Positions 16,405 to 25,414 of a DNA stretch of 64,000 nt are shown here, piece by piece. A program made the position numbers and the translations under genes. Each line of letters begins with the position of its first letter. Within the stretch, counting starts at the first letter, position 1. A model generated the notes under the pieces. That model worked only from the letters and a program-made list of their open reading frames with translations. It was not told the origin of the DNA and did no database searches. The stretch is from Oscillospiraceae bacterium (lineage in GTDB: Bacteria; Bacillota; Clostridia; Oscillospirales; Oscillospiraceae): contig JAEEZZ010000139.1 in NCBI GenBank assembly GCA_016292255.1, forward strand, positions 171 to 64,170, written 5' to 3'.

Positions 16405-18563
16405 AGATCATAAAGGGGATCAAGATCGGGGGCCTGCAGCAGAAGATATTCAATCTCATGCTGTTCTTCCTGATTGCGCTGATCGGCGCGTTCCTGGCCA
16501 TTTCCGCCTACCAGCAGAAGAATCTGACCCGCACGGTGCAGGACGCGAACGACAGGCAGCAGAAGTCCATCGAGGCTGTTTCCGAGGAGACGATGCTGGC
16601 GGTGCTGAACAGCACCATGACCCAGACCACCGAGCTGCAGGCCTATATCGCGGACGACCTGTTCTCCCAGGTCCGCTCCGATGTGCTGACGCTGCAGACC
16701 TTTGCCACGGAGCTGTTCACCCATTCGGAGAGCTTCAATGACCATCCCATCGAGCCTCCGTCGGCGCAAAACGACGGGACGCCCACAGCGCAGCTCATCC
16801 ATGAGCAGGGGGTGGATCCGTCCCAGTCTCAGACCCTGGGCCTGGTAGCCCATATGAGCGAGATCATGGTGGCCATGTATGAATCCACCAACACCATCAG
16901 CAGCGTCTACGTGGCCACTGCCGACGGGAACATGGTCCTTGTGAACGACCGCCCCGGCACCTTCATCGGGGACGACGGAGCGGTCCTGACGCTGGACATC
17001 CGTCATCGCCCCTGGTATACCCAGGCGGTGGAGGCCGGGGAGCTGATCTTCACAGGGGTGGAGATGGACGCCTATACCAGCACGCCCATGCTGGTCTGCG
17101 CTGCACCGGTCTATGACGGCGGGAAGCTTGTAGCTGTGGTCGCCGCGGATATCTACCTCACCTCGATCAACGATTACGTGGCCGGCAAGGCCTCCGAGGG
17201 CAGCTTCGTCTGCGTGATCAACGGCAGCGGGCAGATGCTGTTTTCTCCGAAGCAGGAGGGCAGCTTCCGCGTGGAGCTCGCCGCCGACGCCCCCGATCTG
17301 CGAGAGAGCAAAAACCAACAGCTTGCGGCCTTCGTCCGCTCTGCCATGGAGGCCAACACCGGGCTCCGCCTGGTGGAGGTGGACGGGGAATCCTATTATA
17401 TGTGCGGCGCGCCCATGAAGACAGTGGGCTGGACGGCCGTCTCGGTGGTGGATCGGGAGATCACCCGGCAGCCCACCACCGCGCTGCTGAGCAACTATGA
17501 CCGCATCAACGGGGAAGCCCTGTCCACGTTCGAGGACGGCGCGAAGAACTCGGTGCGGACGCTGGTGGTGCTGCTGTCCGTGATCTGCCTGCTGGCGATC
17601 GGCGCTGCGCTGCTGATCGCCTCCAAGGTGGTGCGGCCCATCGAGCATATGACGAAGCGCATCAACGCCCTGAGCGGCAGCGACGGGGTGTTTGAGATGG
17701 AGCCCATCTATCGCACGAAGGATGAGATCGAGGTGCTGGCCGAATCCTTTGCGACCCTGTCCAAGCGGACGAGGGACTACATCACCCAGATCACCCAGAT
17801 CACCGCCGAGAAGGAACGGATCAGCACGGAGCTTTCCCTGGCGACCAAGATCCAGGCGTCCATGCTGCCCAGCATATTCCCGCCCTATCCGGATCGCCCG
17901 GAGTTCGACCTCTTTGCCTCCATGGATCCTGCCAAGGAGGTGGGCGGCGACTTCTATGATTTCTTCCTGGTGGATGACGACCACCTCTGCGTCGTGATCG
18001 CCGACGTCTCCGGCAAGGGTGTTCCCGCGGCCCTGTTTATGATGGCCTCCAAGATCATCCTGCAGAGCTGCGCCATGCTGGGCCAGCAGCCGGCGGAGAT
18101 CCTGACGAAAACCAACGAGGCGATCTGCTCCAATAACCCGGAGAGTATGTTTGTGACGGCCTGGGTGGGCATTCTGGAGATCTCCACCGGCAAGCTGACT
18201 GCCGCCAACGCCGGCCACGAATACCCGATCCTCAAAGCGCCCAACGGCGATTTCGAGGTGTATAAAGACCGCCACGGCCTTGTGATCGGCGGCATGGCGG
18301 GGCTCAGATACCGCCAATATGAGCTGACCATGGAGCCGGGCTCCAAGCTCTTCCTCTACACGGACGGCGTCCCCGAGGCGACGGACGCAAAGCAGCAGCT
18401 TTTCGGCCTGGATCGAACCGTCGCAGCACTGAATGAAGCCAAAAACGAGACGCCCAGGCAGACGCTGAAAACAGTTCGCCGGAAGGTGGACGAGTTCGTG
18501 GAGGACGCCGAGCAGTTCGACGATCTCACCATGCTATGCCTGGAGTATAAGGGAAAGGAATAG
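16401..18563 (+). CDS. Membrane sensor PP2C phosphatase (TM, dCache-like domain, TM, HAMP, SpoIIE/RsbU-type PP2C)
   Basis: 720-aa ORF that overlaps the STAS stop by 4 nt. It has an extracytoplasmic Cache-like region (YVATADGNMVLVND...RPWYTQAVE...), a HAMP domain (VVRPIEHMTKRINALS...) and PP2C motifs (ELSLATKIQASMLP...VGGDFYDFF...VIADVSGKGVPAALFM...TDGVPEA). Confidence 0.9.
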   Translation: MKIIKGIKIGGLQQKIFNLMLFFLIALIGAFLAISAYQQKNLTRTVQDANDRQQKSIEAVSEETMLAVLNSTMTQTTELQAYIADDLFSQVRSDVLTLQTFATELFTHSESFNDHPIEPPSAQNDGTPTAQLIHEQGVDPSQSQTLGLVAHMSEIMVAMYESTNTISSVYVATADGNMVLVNDRPGTFIGDDGAVLTLDIRHRPWYTQAVEAGELIFTGVEMDAYTSTPMLVCAAPVYDGGKLVAVVAADIYLTSINDYVAGKASEGSFVCVINGSGQMLFSPKQEGSFRVELAADAPDLRESKNQQLAAFVRSAMEANTGLRLVEVDGESYYMCGAPMKTVGWTAVSVVDREITRQPTTALLSNYDRINGEALSTFEDGAKNSVRTLVVLLSVICLLAIGAALLIASKVVRPIEHMTKRINALSGSDGVFEMEPIYRTKDEIEVLAESFATLSKRTRDYITQITQITAEKERISTELSLATKIQASMLPSIFPPYPDRPEFDLFASMDPAKEVGGDFYDFFLVDDDHLCVVIADVSGKGVPAALFMMASKIILQSCAMLGQQPAEILTKTNEAICSNNPESMFVTAWVGILEISTGKLTAANAGHEYPILKAPNGDFEVYKDRHGLVIGGMAGLRYRQYELTMEPGSKLFLYTDGVPEATDAKQQLFGLDRTVAALNEAKNETPRQTLKTVRRKVDEFVEDAEQFDDLTMLCLEYKGKE

Positions 18564-18569
18564 AACGCT

Positions 18570-20117
18570 ATGACAGTTCAACTCAAGGGACGGATCGACT
18601 CCTCCAACGCGGCCCGGATGGAGCAGGAGCTCCTGCAGCAGGTGAACGGACAGAGCGAGGTCGTGCTGGACGCGGCGGAGCTCGCGTATATCTCCAGCGC
18701 CGGCCTGCGCGTCATTCTGCGGATCCGGAAGGATCACCCCACGCTGCGTATCGTCAACGTCAATGCCGACGTGTATGAGATCCTGGACATGACCGGCTTT
18801 ACCGACATGATGTCGGTGGAGAAGGCCTACCGGGTGGTCTCCGTAGAGGGCTGCGAGGAGATCGGCCACGGAGCCAACGGCACCATCTACCGCATCGACA
18901 GGGACAACGTGGTCAAGGTCTACAATAACCCCGAGGCGCTGGAGGATATCCAGCACGAGCGGGAGGTGGCCAAGCTGGCCCTGATCCTGGGGATCCCCAC
19001 GGCCATTTCCTACGACGTGGTCAAGGTGGGGGACAGCTACGGCTCCGTGTTTGAGCTGCTCAACGCCAGCTCCTTCGCCGAGATCCTGGCAAAGGAGCCG
19101 GAAAAGCTGGATTGGTGCGTGGCGGAATACGTGAAAATGCTCCGGCTGATCCACGATACGCCGGTTCCCGCCGGGAAGCTCCCGGACGTGAAGGAAACGG
19201 CGATGAGCTGGGTGACGTATTTGCAGAACTATTTGCCCCAGAGCGCCTGGGACAAGCTGGTGTCGCTGGTGGAGGCTGTGCCCCACGACGACCACATGAT
19301 CCACGGGGACTACCATACCAAGAACCTGGAGCTGCAAAACGGCGAGGTCCTGCTCATCGACATGGACACCCTTGCGGTGGGCAATCCCATCTTCGAGCTG
19401 GCGTCCATGTACAACTCCTTTGTGGGCTTCTATGAGATCGACCATGATGCCATCAAGCAATTCCAGGGCTATGACTGGGAGACCGGCCGGAGCTTCTGGC
19501 GCAAATCCCTTGCGGCCTATCTGGACACCCAATGCCAGGCAAAGATCAAAGAGGTGGAAGACAAGGCCCGCGTGCTGGGATATTCCCGTTTGCTCCGCCG
19601 CGCCATCCGCCTCGGCGGCCTGGACGACGAGAAGAAACGGGCAGAGATCGAGCTCTGGAGATCAGAGCTGCTGGAGCTGCTGGAAAAGACGGATACGCTG
19701 ATGTTCGACCGGAACGAGCTGGAGCTTGAGGCGGTCAAGGAGAATCTGGATGACGTGATCGCCTTTCTGGAGGAGCGGCTCGCAGGCACCAACTGTACCC
19801 CGAAGGCGCTGATGCAGATCAATCTGGCTGTGGAGGAGATCTTCGTCAACATTGCCAGCTACGCCTACAGGCCGGAGACCGGCAAGGCCACGGTGCGCTT
19901 CGAGGTCTCGGAGGAACCGGTCACAGTTACGATCACCTTCCTGGATCACGGGGTCCCCTATGACCCGCTGGCAAGGCAGGATCCGGACGTGACCCTCCCC
20001 GCGGAGGAGCGGGACATCGGCGGCCTGGGCATCTTCCTGACCAAGCAGATCATGGACGATGTGAGCTACGAATACTGCCGCGGGCAGAACATCCTGCGGA
20101 TCAAGAAAACCGTGTAA
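18570..20117 (+). CDS. Three-domain fusion: STAS domain, APH/choline-kinase-like phosphotransferase domain, and RsbW/SpoIIAB-like HATPase_c domain
   Basis: 515-aa ORF. The N-terminal STAS has AELAYISSAGLRVIL...YEILDMTGFTDMM. The middle has a kinase-fold Gly loop plus Lys (IGHGANGTIYRI...VVKVY) and a Brenner motif IHGDYHTKNL plus IDMD. The C-terminus has an N-box-like LAVEEIFVNIASYAY, a G1-like FLDHGVPYDP and a G2-like GGLGIFLTKQIMDDVSY. Confidence 0.85.
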   Translation: MTVQLKGRIDSSNAARMEQELLQQVNGQSEVVLDAAELAYISSAGLRVILRIRKDHPTLRIVNVNADVYEILDMTGFTDMMSVEKAYRVVSVEGCEEIGHGANGTIYRIDRDNVVKVYNNPEALEDIQHEREVAKLALILGIPTAISYDVVKVGDSYGSVFELLNASSFAEILAKEPEKLDWCVAEYVKMLRLIHDTPVPAGKLPDVKETAMSWVTYLQNYLPQSAWDKLVSLVEAVPHDDHMIHGDYHTKNLELQNGEVLLIDMDTLAVGNPIFELASMYNSFVGFYEIDHDAIKQFQGYDWETGRSFWRKSLAAYLDTQCQAKIKEVEDKARVLGYSRLLRRAIRLGGLDDEKKRAEIELWRSELLELLEKTDTLMFDRNELELEAVKENLDDVIAFLEERLAGTNCTPKALMQINLAVEEIFVNIASYAYRPETGKATVRFEVSEEPVTVTITFLDHGVPYDPLARQDPDVTLPAEERDIGGLGIFLTKQIMDDVSYEYCRGQNILRIKKTV

Positions 20118-20136
20118 TATCCGGGAGGCTGGGAGC

Positions 20137-21108
20137 ATGAAACACAAAACGCTGAAAACACTTCTTGTGGCGGGGATCATTTTGGCCTGGATGCTGAGCT
20201 TCGCCGCCTGCACGGACGCCAAAACAAGCGCCGAAACCACCAAGGCGACAAAGCACGAGGCATCGCCGTCGGAGACGGAAGCCCAGAAGCTCCAGGCGCA
20301 GCTTGCCCAGCTGGAGCGGGAGCTTTCCGACGTGAAGGCGGAGCGGGATACGCTCCAAACCCGGCTGCAGGAATGCGAGGGCAAGCTCACCCAGACCCAG
20401 AGCGACCTGGCGGAGGCCAATGCGGCCCTGGAGGAGCTGGCGGATACCGCCGTGACGATGGAGGAGCTGACCGCCGAATACAAGTGCTACAAGAACGTCA
20501 TTTCCCAGGAGGAGGTCAGGAAGACCCTGTTCGGCCAGCCCATCTCCGAGGAGCGCAGCGGCGAATACCGCATCGGCATCGAGACGGCCATCGACGGGGA
20601 TTTTCATGCCAAGCTGACGGTCTATCAGGCCCAGGGCGGCAAATACGTGGAGGTCTTCTCCTGCGATGCCGTGGTGGGCAAAAACGGCCCCGGCAAGCAG
20701 TCTGAGGGCGATACCAAAACGCCCCTCGGCACCTGGACGGTGGGCGAGGCCTATGGCATCAAGGAGGATCCGGGCAGCCTGCTGCCCTACACCCAGGTCA
20801 CCGACGATATGTACTGGTGCGCCACCGGCTCCAACGGCAAAAAGTATAATACCCTGATCTACAAGAGCGACGACCCGGACAACGACTACAGCGAGGACGA
20901 GCATCTGGCGGACTATACCGTTCCGTATGCCTACCTCCTGGATCTGGGATACAACGCTTCCTGCGCGCCGTACGCGGGCAACGCGATCTTCCTGCACTGC
21001 TGGAAGGGGCCGGACTACCCCACCGGCGGCTGTGTGGGTGTTTCCGAGGAAAGCATGATCAAGATCCTCCAGACCATCACTCCCGGCACCTCCGTGACGA
21101 TCTACTGA
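20137..21108 (+). CDS. Lipoprotein L,D-transpeptidase (YkuD/ErfK family) with an N-terminal coiled coil
   Basis: 323-aa ORF with a lipobox (LSFAAC). The coiled coil is roughly aa 45-110. The C-terminal catalytic region has GKNGPGKQSEGDTKTPLGTW...IFLHCWKGPDYPTGGCVGV (an H...GC motif). Confidence 0.8.
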   Translation: MKHKTLKTLLVAGIILAWMLSFAACTDAKTSAETTKATKHEASPSETEAQKLQAQLAQLERELSDVKAERDTLQTRLQECEGKLTQTQSDLAEANAALEELADTAVTMEELTAEYKCYKNVISQEEVRKTLFGQPISEERSGEYRIGIETAIDGDFHAKLTVYQAQGGKYVEVFSCDAVVGKNGPGKQSEGDTKTPLGTWTVGEAYGIKEDPGSLLPYTQVTDDMYWCATGSNGKKYNTLIYKSDDPDNDYSEDEHLADYTVPYAYLLDLGYNASCAPYAGNAIFLHCWKGPDYPTGGCVGVSEESMIKILQTITPGTSVTIY

Positions 21109-21137
21109 CGAGATAATACGAGATAAGAGGTAATACG

Positions 21138-22007
21138 GTGCGGATCCCGACTAAGATTGATTTGCATACCCATTCCACGGTCTCCGACGGCACCGATACG
21201 CCGGAGGCGCTGCTGCAGTGCGCCCGTGCGGCCGGGCTGGAGCTGTTTTCCCTCACCGACCATGACGCGATCAAGGGCTGTGAGCAGATCCAGGCGCTGC
21301 GGGGGGCGGACGATCCGCGCTTCCTCCCCGGCGTGGAGTTTTCCTGCAGGGATGAAGAAGGGAAATACCATATCCTCGGCTATGGGTATGACGCGAAAAC
21401 AGAGGCGATCCGATCCACGGTGGCCCACGGCCACAGCATCCGGATGCGTAAGCTCCGGATGCGGCTGGACTATCTGAAGACCCAGTTCGGCTTTGCCTTC
21501 CCGGAAGCGGAGCTGGAAGCGCTCCTGGCGCTGGACAATCCGGGCAAGCCCCACATCGGCAATCTGATGGTGAAGCACGGCTTTGCCCCCACGAAGGAGA
21601 TCGCCATCAAGGACTATCTGGATCAGCTTCGGATCCGTTCGGAGTACATCCGCCCCGAGGAGGCCATTGCCGGCATCCTGGGCAGCGGCGGTATCCCGGT
21701 GCTGGCCCACCCCTGCTACGGCAGCGGGGATGAGCTGATCCTCGGGCCGGCGCTGGAGGAGAGAGTCAAAAAGCTGATGGCCTTCGGCCTGCAGGGCGTG
21801 GAGGCGTTCTACTCCGGCTTTTCCGAAAAGCTCCGGGCGGAGCTGCTTGCCCTGGCGGAGCGCTGCGGGCTCTACGTCACCGCCGGCAGCGACTACCACG
21901 GCACGAATAAGCTCGTTCCCCTGGGCTTCACCGGCCTGGAACCGAAGATGGAGCTCGTAGACGGTATGCGCCGTTTTCTGGAGCGTGTGAGCGGCGCGCC
22001 GGGTTAG
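21138..22007 (+). CDS. PHP-domain metal-dependent phosphoesterase (TrpH/YciV-like)
   Basis: 289-aa ORF with a GTG start. IDLHTHSTVSDGTDTPEAL...LTDHDAIKG...GIPVLAHP...GSDYHG are PHP motifs. Confidence 0.85.
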   Translation: MRIPTKIDLHTHSTVSDGTDTPEALLQCARAAGLELFSLTDHDAIKGCEQIQALRGADDPRFLPGVEFSCRDEEGKYHILGYGYDAKTEAIRSTVAHGHSIRMRKLRMRLDYLKTQFGFAFPEAELEALLALDNPGKPHIGNLMVKHGFAPTKEIAIKDYLDQLRIRSEYIRPEEAIAGILGSGGIPVLAHPCYGSGDELILGPALEERVKKLMAFGLQGVEAFYSGFSEKLRAELLALAERCGLYVTAGSDYHGTNKLVPLGFTGLEPKMELVDGMRRFLERVSGAPG

Positions 22008-22074
22008 CCCTTCGCCGTCCCTCGCCGCTGCAGGCTTCCCCACGACACCGAACGACGCGCAGGAGGAGAGAACA

Positions 22075-23604
22075 ATGTTTGAAAGCATCTTGTCACGTTC
22101 CGATATGATCCGCTGTGTGCTCTGCCAGGACGCGCCCTGCAGCTCCGCCTGCACCCGGCTCGACCCTGCCGCGCTGCTGCGGGGCATCTGGTTTCGCAAT
22201 GACAAGACGGCGGCGCTCAGGCTCCCGGAGTCCGACTGCTGCCGGGGCTGTGACGCGCCCTGCGAGGCAGCCTGCGTCCGGCCCCATGAGGTTCCGATCC
22301 AAGGCTTGATGCTGCGGCTTCGGGAGGAACTGCGCCCCAGGCTGGAGCTGCCCCTTCCGGAGGACGAAGGTCTCCTTCGCACGGAGCTCTGCGGCGTTCC
22401 GCTGGAGAACCCCTTCCTGCTTTCCTCCTCGGTGGTTGCCAGCACCTACGATATGTGCGCCAGGGCCTTCGAGGCGGGCTGGGCAGGCGCTTGCTTCAAA
22501 ACCATTTGCTCCTTTGAGATCCATGAGGCTTCGCCGCGATTCTCCGCCATCACCGGGGACAACGGCAGCATCATCGGCTTCAAGAATATCGAGCAGCTCT
22601 CCGACCACAGCGTTGCGGAGAACATGATTATTTTCCGCCGTCTGAAGCAGAACTATCCCACCAAATTCATTCTGGCCTCCATTATGGGGCAGAACGACGC
22701 CGAGTGGGAGGAGCTGGCGCGCCAATGCGAACAAAGCGGCGCGGACGCCATTGAGCTGAACTTCTCCTGCCCCAATATGGCGGACGGGGGCCTGGGCTCG
22801 GATATCGGCCAGGTCCCGGAGCTGGTGGAGCGCTTCACCGCCGCAGCCCGGCGGGGGACAAAGCTGCCGATCCTTGCAAAGCTGACGCCAAACGTGGCCT
22901 CCATGCTCCCCGCAGGGGAGGCTGCCCGGCGCGGCGGCGCAGACGGGCTCGCGGCCATCAATACCATCAAAAGCATCACCGGGATCAATCCCCATACCTA
23001 CGTCTCCGCGCCTGCGGTGCACGGGATGTCAGCCGTGGGCGGCTACAGCGGAAACGCGGTGAAGCCCATTGCTCTGCGCTTTCTGGCGGAGCTGGGGCAG
23101 GATCCCGCCCTGGCCGGAATGCATATCAGCGGCATGGGCGGGGTGGAGACCTGGCGGGATGCCCTGGACTTCATTCTCCTGGGTGCGGGAAGCATCCAGG
23201 TCACCACGGCTGTCATGCAGTACGGCTACCGGATCATAGAGGATCTGAAGGCCGGCTTGAATTACTATCTGGCGGAGAAGGGCTTCCGAAGCGTAAAGGA
23301 GGCCGTGGGCCTGGCGCTGAGCACCGTCAGCGAGACGACGGACGTCCTGGAGCGGGATACCGTTGTTTTGCCGAAATTCCTGCGGGAAAAATGCGTCGGC
23401 TGCGGCCGCTGCGCCATCTCCTGCGCGGACGGCGGCCACCAGGCCATCCGTCTGAACGGGGAGCGGAGGCCGATGCTCAACGGCAAACGCTGCGTCGGCT
23501 GCCATCTGTGTGTGTTGGTGTGCCCCCAGAACGCGATCCGTCCCGGCAGAAAGCGGATCACAAAGCCGAAGACGGAAGAGAACTCTGACAGGGAAGTGAA
23601 CTGA
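22075..23604 (+). CDS. Dihydroorotate/dihydropyrimidine dehydrogenase-like flavoprotein (PreA-like) with a C-terminal 2x[4Fe-4S] ferredoxin domain and an extra N-terminal Cys-rich segment
   Basis: 509-aa ORF. It has a TIM-barrel core (LENPFLLSSSV...IELNFSCPNM...GGVETWRDALDFILLGA) and a C-terminal CxxCxxCxxxC motif twice (CVGCGRCAISC, CVGCHLCVLVCP). The N-terminus has CVLCQDAPCSSAC and CCRGCDAPCEAAC. Confidence 0.8.
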   Translation: MFESILSRSDMIRCVLCQDAPCSSACTRLDPAALLRGIWFRNDKTAALRLPESDCCRGCDAPCEAACVRPHEVPIQGLMLRLREELRPRLELPLPEDEGLLRTELCGVPLENPFLLSSSVVASTYDMCARAFEAGWAGACFKTICSFEIHEASPRFSAITGDNGSIIGFKNIEQLSDHSVAENMIIFRRLKQNYPTKFILASIMGQNDAEWEELARQCEQSGADAIELNFSCPNMADGGLGSDIGQVPELVERFTAAARRGTKLPILAKLTPNVASMLPAGEAARRGGADGLAAINTIKSITGINPHTYVSAPAVHGMSAVGGYSGNAVKPIALRFLAELGQDPALAGMHISGMGGVETWRDALDFILLGAGSIQVTTAVMQYGYRIIEDLKAGLNYYLAEKGFRSVKEAVGLALSTVSETTDVLERDTVVLPKFLREKCVGCGRCAISCADGGHQAIRLNGERRPMLNGKRCVGCHLCVLVCPQNAIRPGRKRITKPKTEENSDREVN

Positions 23605-23605
23605 G

Positions 23606-25360
23606 ATGATAAAAAAGCTGTTCCGGCAGATGCTGGTGACCCAGATCGTTTCCTCCATGACCGTGACCCTTTGTATGCTGATCGACAGTATCATGATCGG
23701 CCGCTTTCTCGGGGTGGATGCCATGAGCGCCTACGGGCTGGCAAGCCCGCTGCTGTTGGTCTTTGCCGCCTTCGGCAGTCTGATCTCCTCGGGCGTGCAG
23801 GTCATGTGCGGAAAGACCGTCGGCGCGGGGGACCGGGAGGCCACCGACGCCTGCTACACGGTGTCTGTGCTGCTGGCAGCCGGGATCTCCGCAGTGGGTC
23901 TGATCCTGGTGTTCCTGTTCCTGGGCCCGCTGACGAGCCTGCTGGGCGCGGGGGAGCCCGGCCCGAACAACCCGGTCTTCGGGCTGACCAAGGACTATAT
24001 CACCGGCTTTATCATCGGCGCGCCCGCATTCCTTTGCGCCCAGATCATGGTGCCCTATATGCAGCTGCTGGGCAGCCGTACCAGGCTTGTGGCGGCAGTG
24101 ATCGCCATGACCGCGGCGGACATCGCCCTGGATCTTCTGAACGTGTTCGTATTCGAGGGCGGGACGCTGGGCATGGGCCTGGCCTCCACCGTGAGCTATT
24201 ACATTGCCGTTGGGGTGGGCGCAGGCGTCTTCCTGCGTAAGGACTGTATGTTCCGCCTCCGGCCCCGGCTGTTTCAGCGGAAGGTATGTCGGGAGCTGGC
24301 CTCCTACGGCGTTCCCACGGTGGTGAATCAGATCAGCATGGTGTTCCTGGTATTCCTGCTGAACCGTCTGCTTCTGAGCGTGGAGGGGACGGTTGCGGTC
24401 GCCGCCTATTCCGTGATCTCCACAGTGGGCAATATCTGCTATTGCTTCGGCTCCGGCACGGGCTCGGTGGCCATGATGCTGGCGGCGATCTTCTATGCGG
24501 ATCGGGACAGAACCTCCATCCGGGAGCTGGTGCGGGTCATGACCCGCAGCGCCGTGGTGCTGGATGTGGCCGTTACGGTGGTGGGTCTGCTGGCCGCCAC
24601 GCCGCTGATCACCCTGTTCCTGGGCCAGGACGTGGGCGCGAAAGCCATCGCGGTCTTCGGTCTGCGGCTGTTTGTGCTGTCCATCCTGCCCTCCTCGCTG
24701 AACTCCACCTTCAAGAACTACTACCAGGGTGTCAACCGCCTGCGGCTCACGGAGCTGATTTCCGTCCTGCAGAACTTCGTCTACCCGGTGGCCTTTGCCT
24801 ATCTGCTCAGCCGTTTCCTCGGCGTGACCGGCATCTGGCTCGGCTTCGTCTGCGGCGAGACGGCCACGCTTCTCAGCTTCTCCGTCCTGGTCTGGCGGCA
24901 TCATGGCGGCTTCTCCCTGTCCGCCGATGCCTACAGTATGCTGGATCCGACCTTCGGCGCCGCGCCGGAGCAGTGCTTCGAGCGCACGATCCAGTCTGCG
25001 GAGGAGGCGGTAGAGGCCTCCGAGCAGATCTGCGCGTTCTGCAGATCCCGGGAGATCGACCGGAAAACCGCCATGCTGATCGGCCTGAGCGTGGAGGAAA
25101 TGACAGTCAACATCATTGAGCACGGCTTCACCAAGGACAGCCGGGAGCACAACGTAGACGTCCGCCTGGTGCTGGAGCAGGACAGCCGGGTCATCCGCAT
25201 CCGGGATAACTGCGTCAGCTTCGACCCGACCAAGTATCTGGAGCTGCATCATTCCGACGACCCTGCCGCCCACATCGGCCTGCGTATGGTGATGGGCATG
25301 ACGAAGGAAGCCTTTTATATCAACACCCTTGGCCTGAACAATCTGACGCTGACAATGTAA
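23606..25360 (+). CDS. MATE-family efflux transporter fused to a C-terminal RsbW/SpoIIAB-like HATPase_c domain (G1 box degenerate)
   Basis: 584-aa ORF whose ATG is 1 nt after the PreA-like stop. About 12 TMs with MATE-like repeats fill aa 1-435. The C-terminal 146 aa or so (24920-25357) has an N-box LSVEEMTVNIIEHGF, a G1 position reading IRDNCVSFDP (no Gly) and a G2-like HIGLRMVMGMTKEAFY. Confidence 0.8.
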   Translation: MIKKLFRQMLVTQIVSSMTVTLCMLIDSIMIGRFLGVDAMSAYGLASPLLLVFAAFGSLISSGVQVMCGKTVGAGDREATDACYTVSVLLAAGISAVGLILVFLFLGPLTSLLGAGEPGPNNPVFGLTKDYITGFIIGAPAFLCAQIMVPYMQLLGSRTRLVAAVIAMTAADIALDLLNVFVFEGGTLGMGLASTVSYYIAVGVGAGVFLRKDCMFRLRPRLFQRKVCRELASYGVPTVVNQISMVFLVFLLNRLLLSVEGTVAVAAYSVISTVGNICYCFGSGTGSVAMMLAAIFYADRDRTSIRELVRVMTRSAVVLDVAVTVVGLLAATPLITLFLGQDVGAKAIAVFGLRLFVLSILPSSLNSTFKNYYQGVNRLRLTELISVLQNFVYPVAFAYLLSRFLGVTGIWLGFVCGETATLLSFSVLVWRHHGGFSLSADAYSMLDPTFGAAPEQCFERTIQSAEEAVEASEQICAFCRSREIDRKTAMLIGLSVEEMTVNIIEHGFTKDSREHNVDVRLVLEQDSRVIRIRDNCVSFDPTKYLELHHSDDPAAHIGLRMVMGMTKEAFYINTLGLNNLTLTM

Positions 25361-25414
25361 GAAGCGGTCGGAACGCACCATCGAAAATAATCCGAAAGAA
25401 AGAGAGGGATCGGT

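Noticed and set aside
16257-20997. Long minus-strand ORFs (686, 332, 273 and 298 aa) opposite the partner-switch and L,D-transpeptidase genes
   Set aside because: They are His/Gly/Arg/Asp-rich shadow frames. The plus-strand products have canonical STAS, PP2C, kinase and YkuD motifs.
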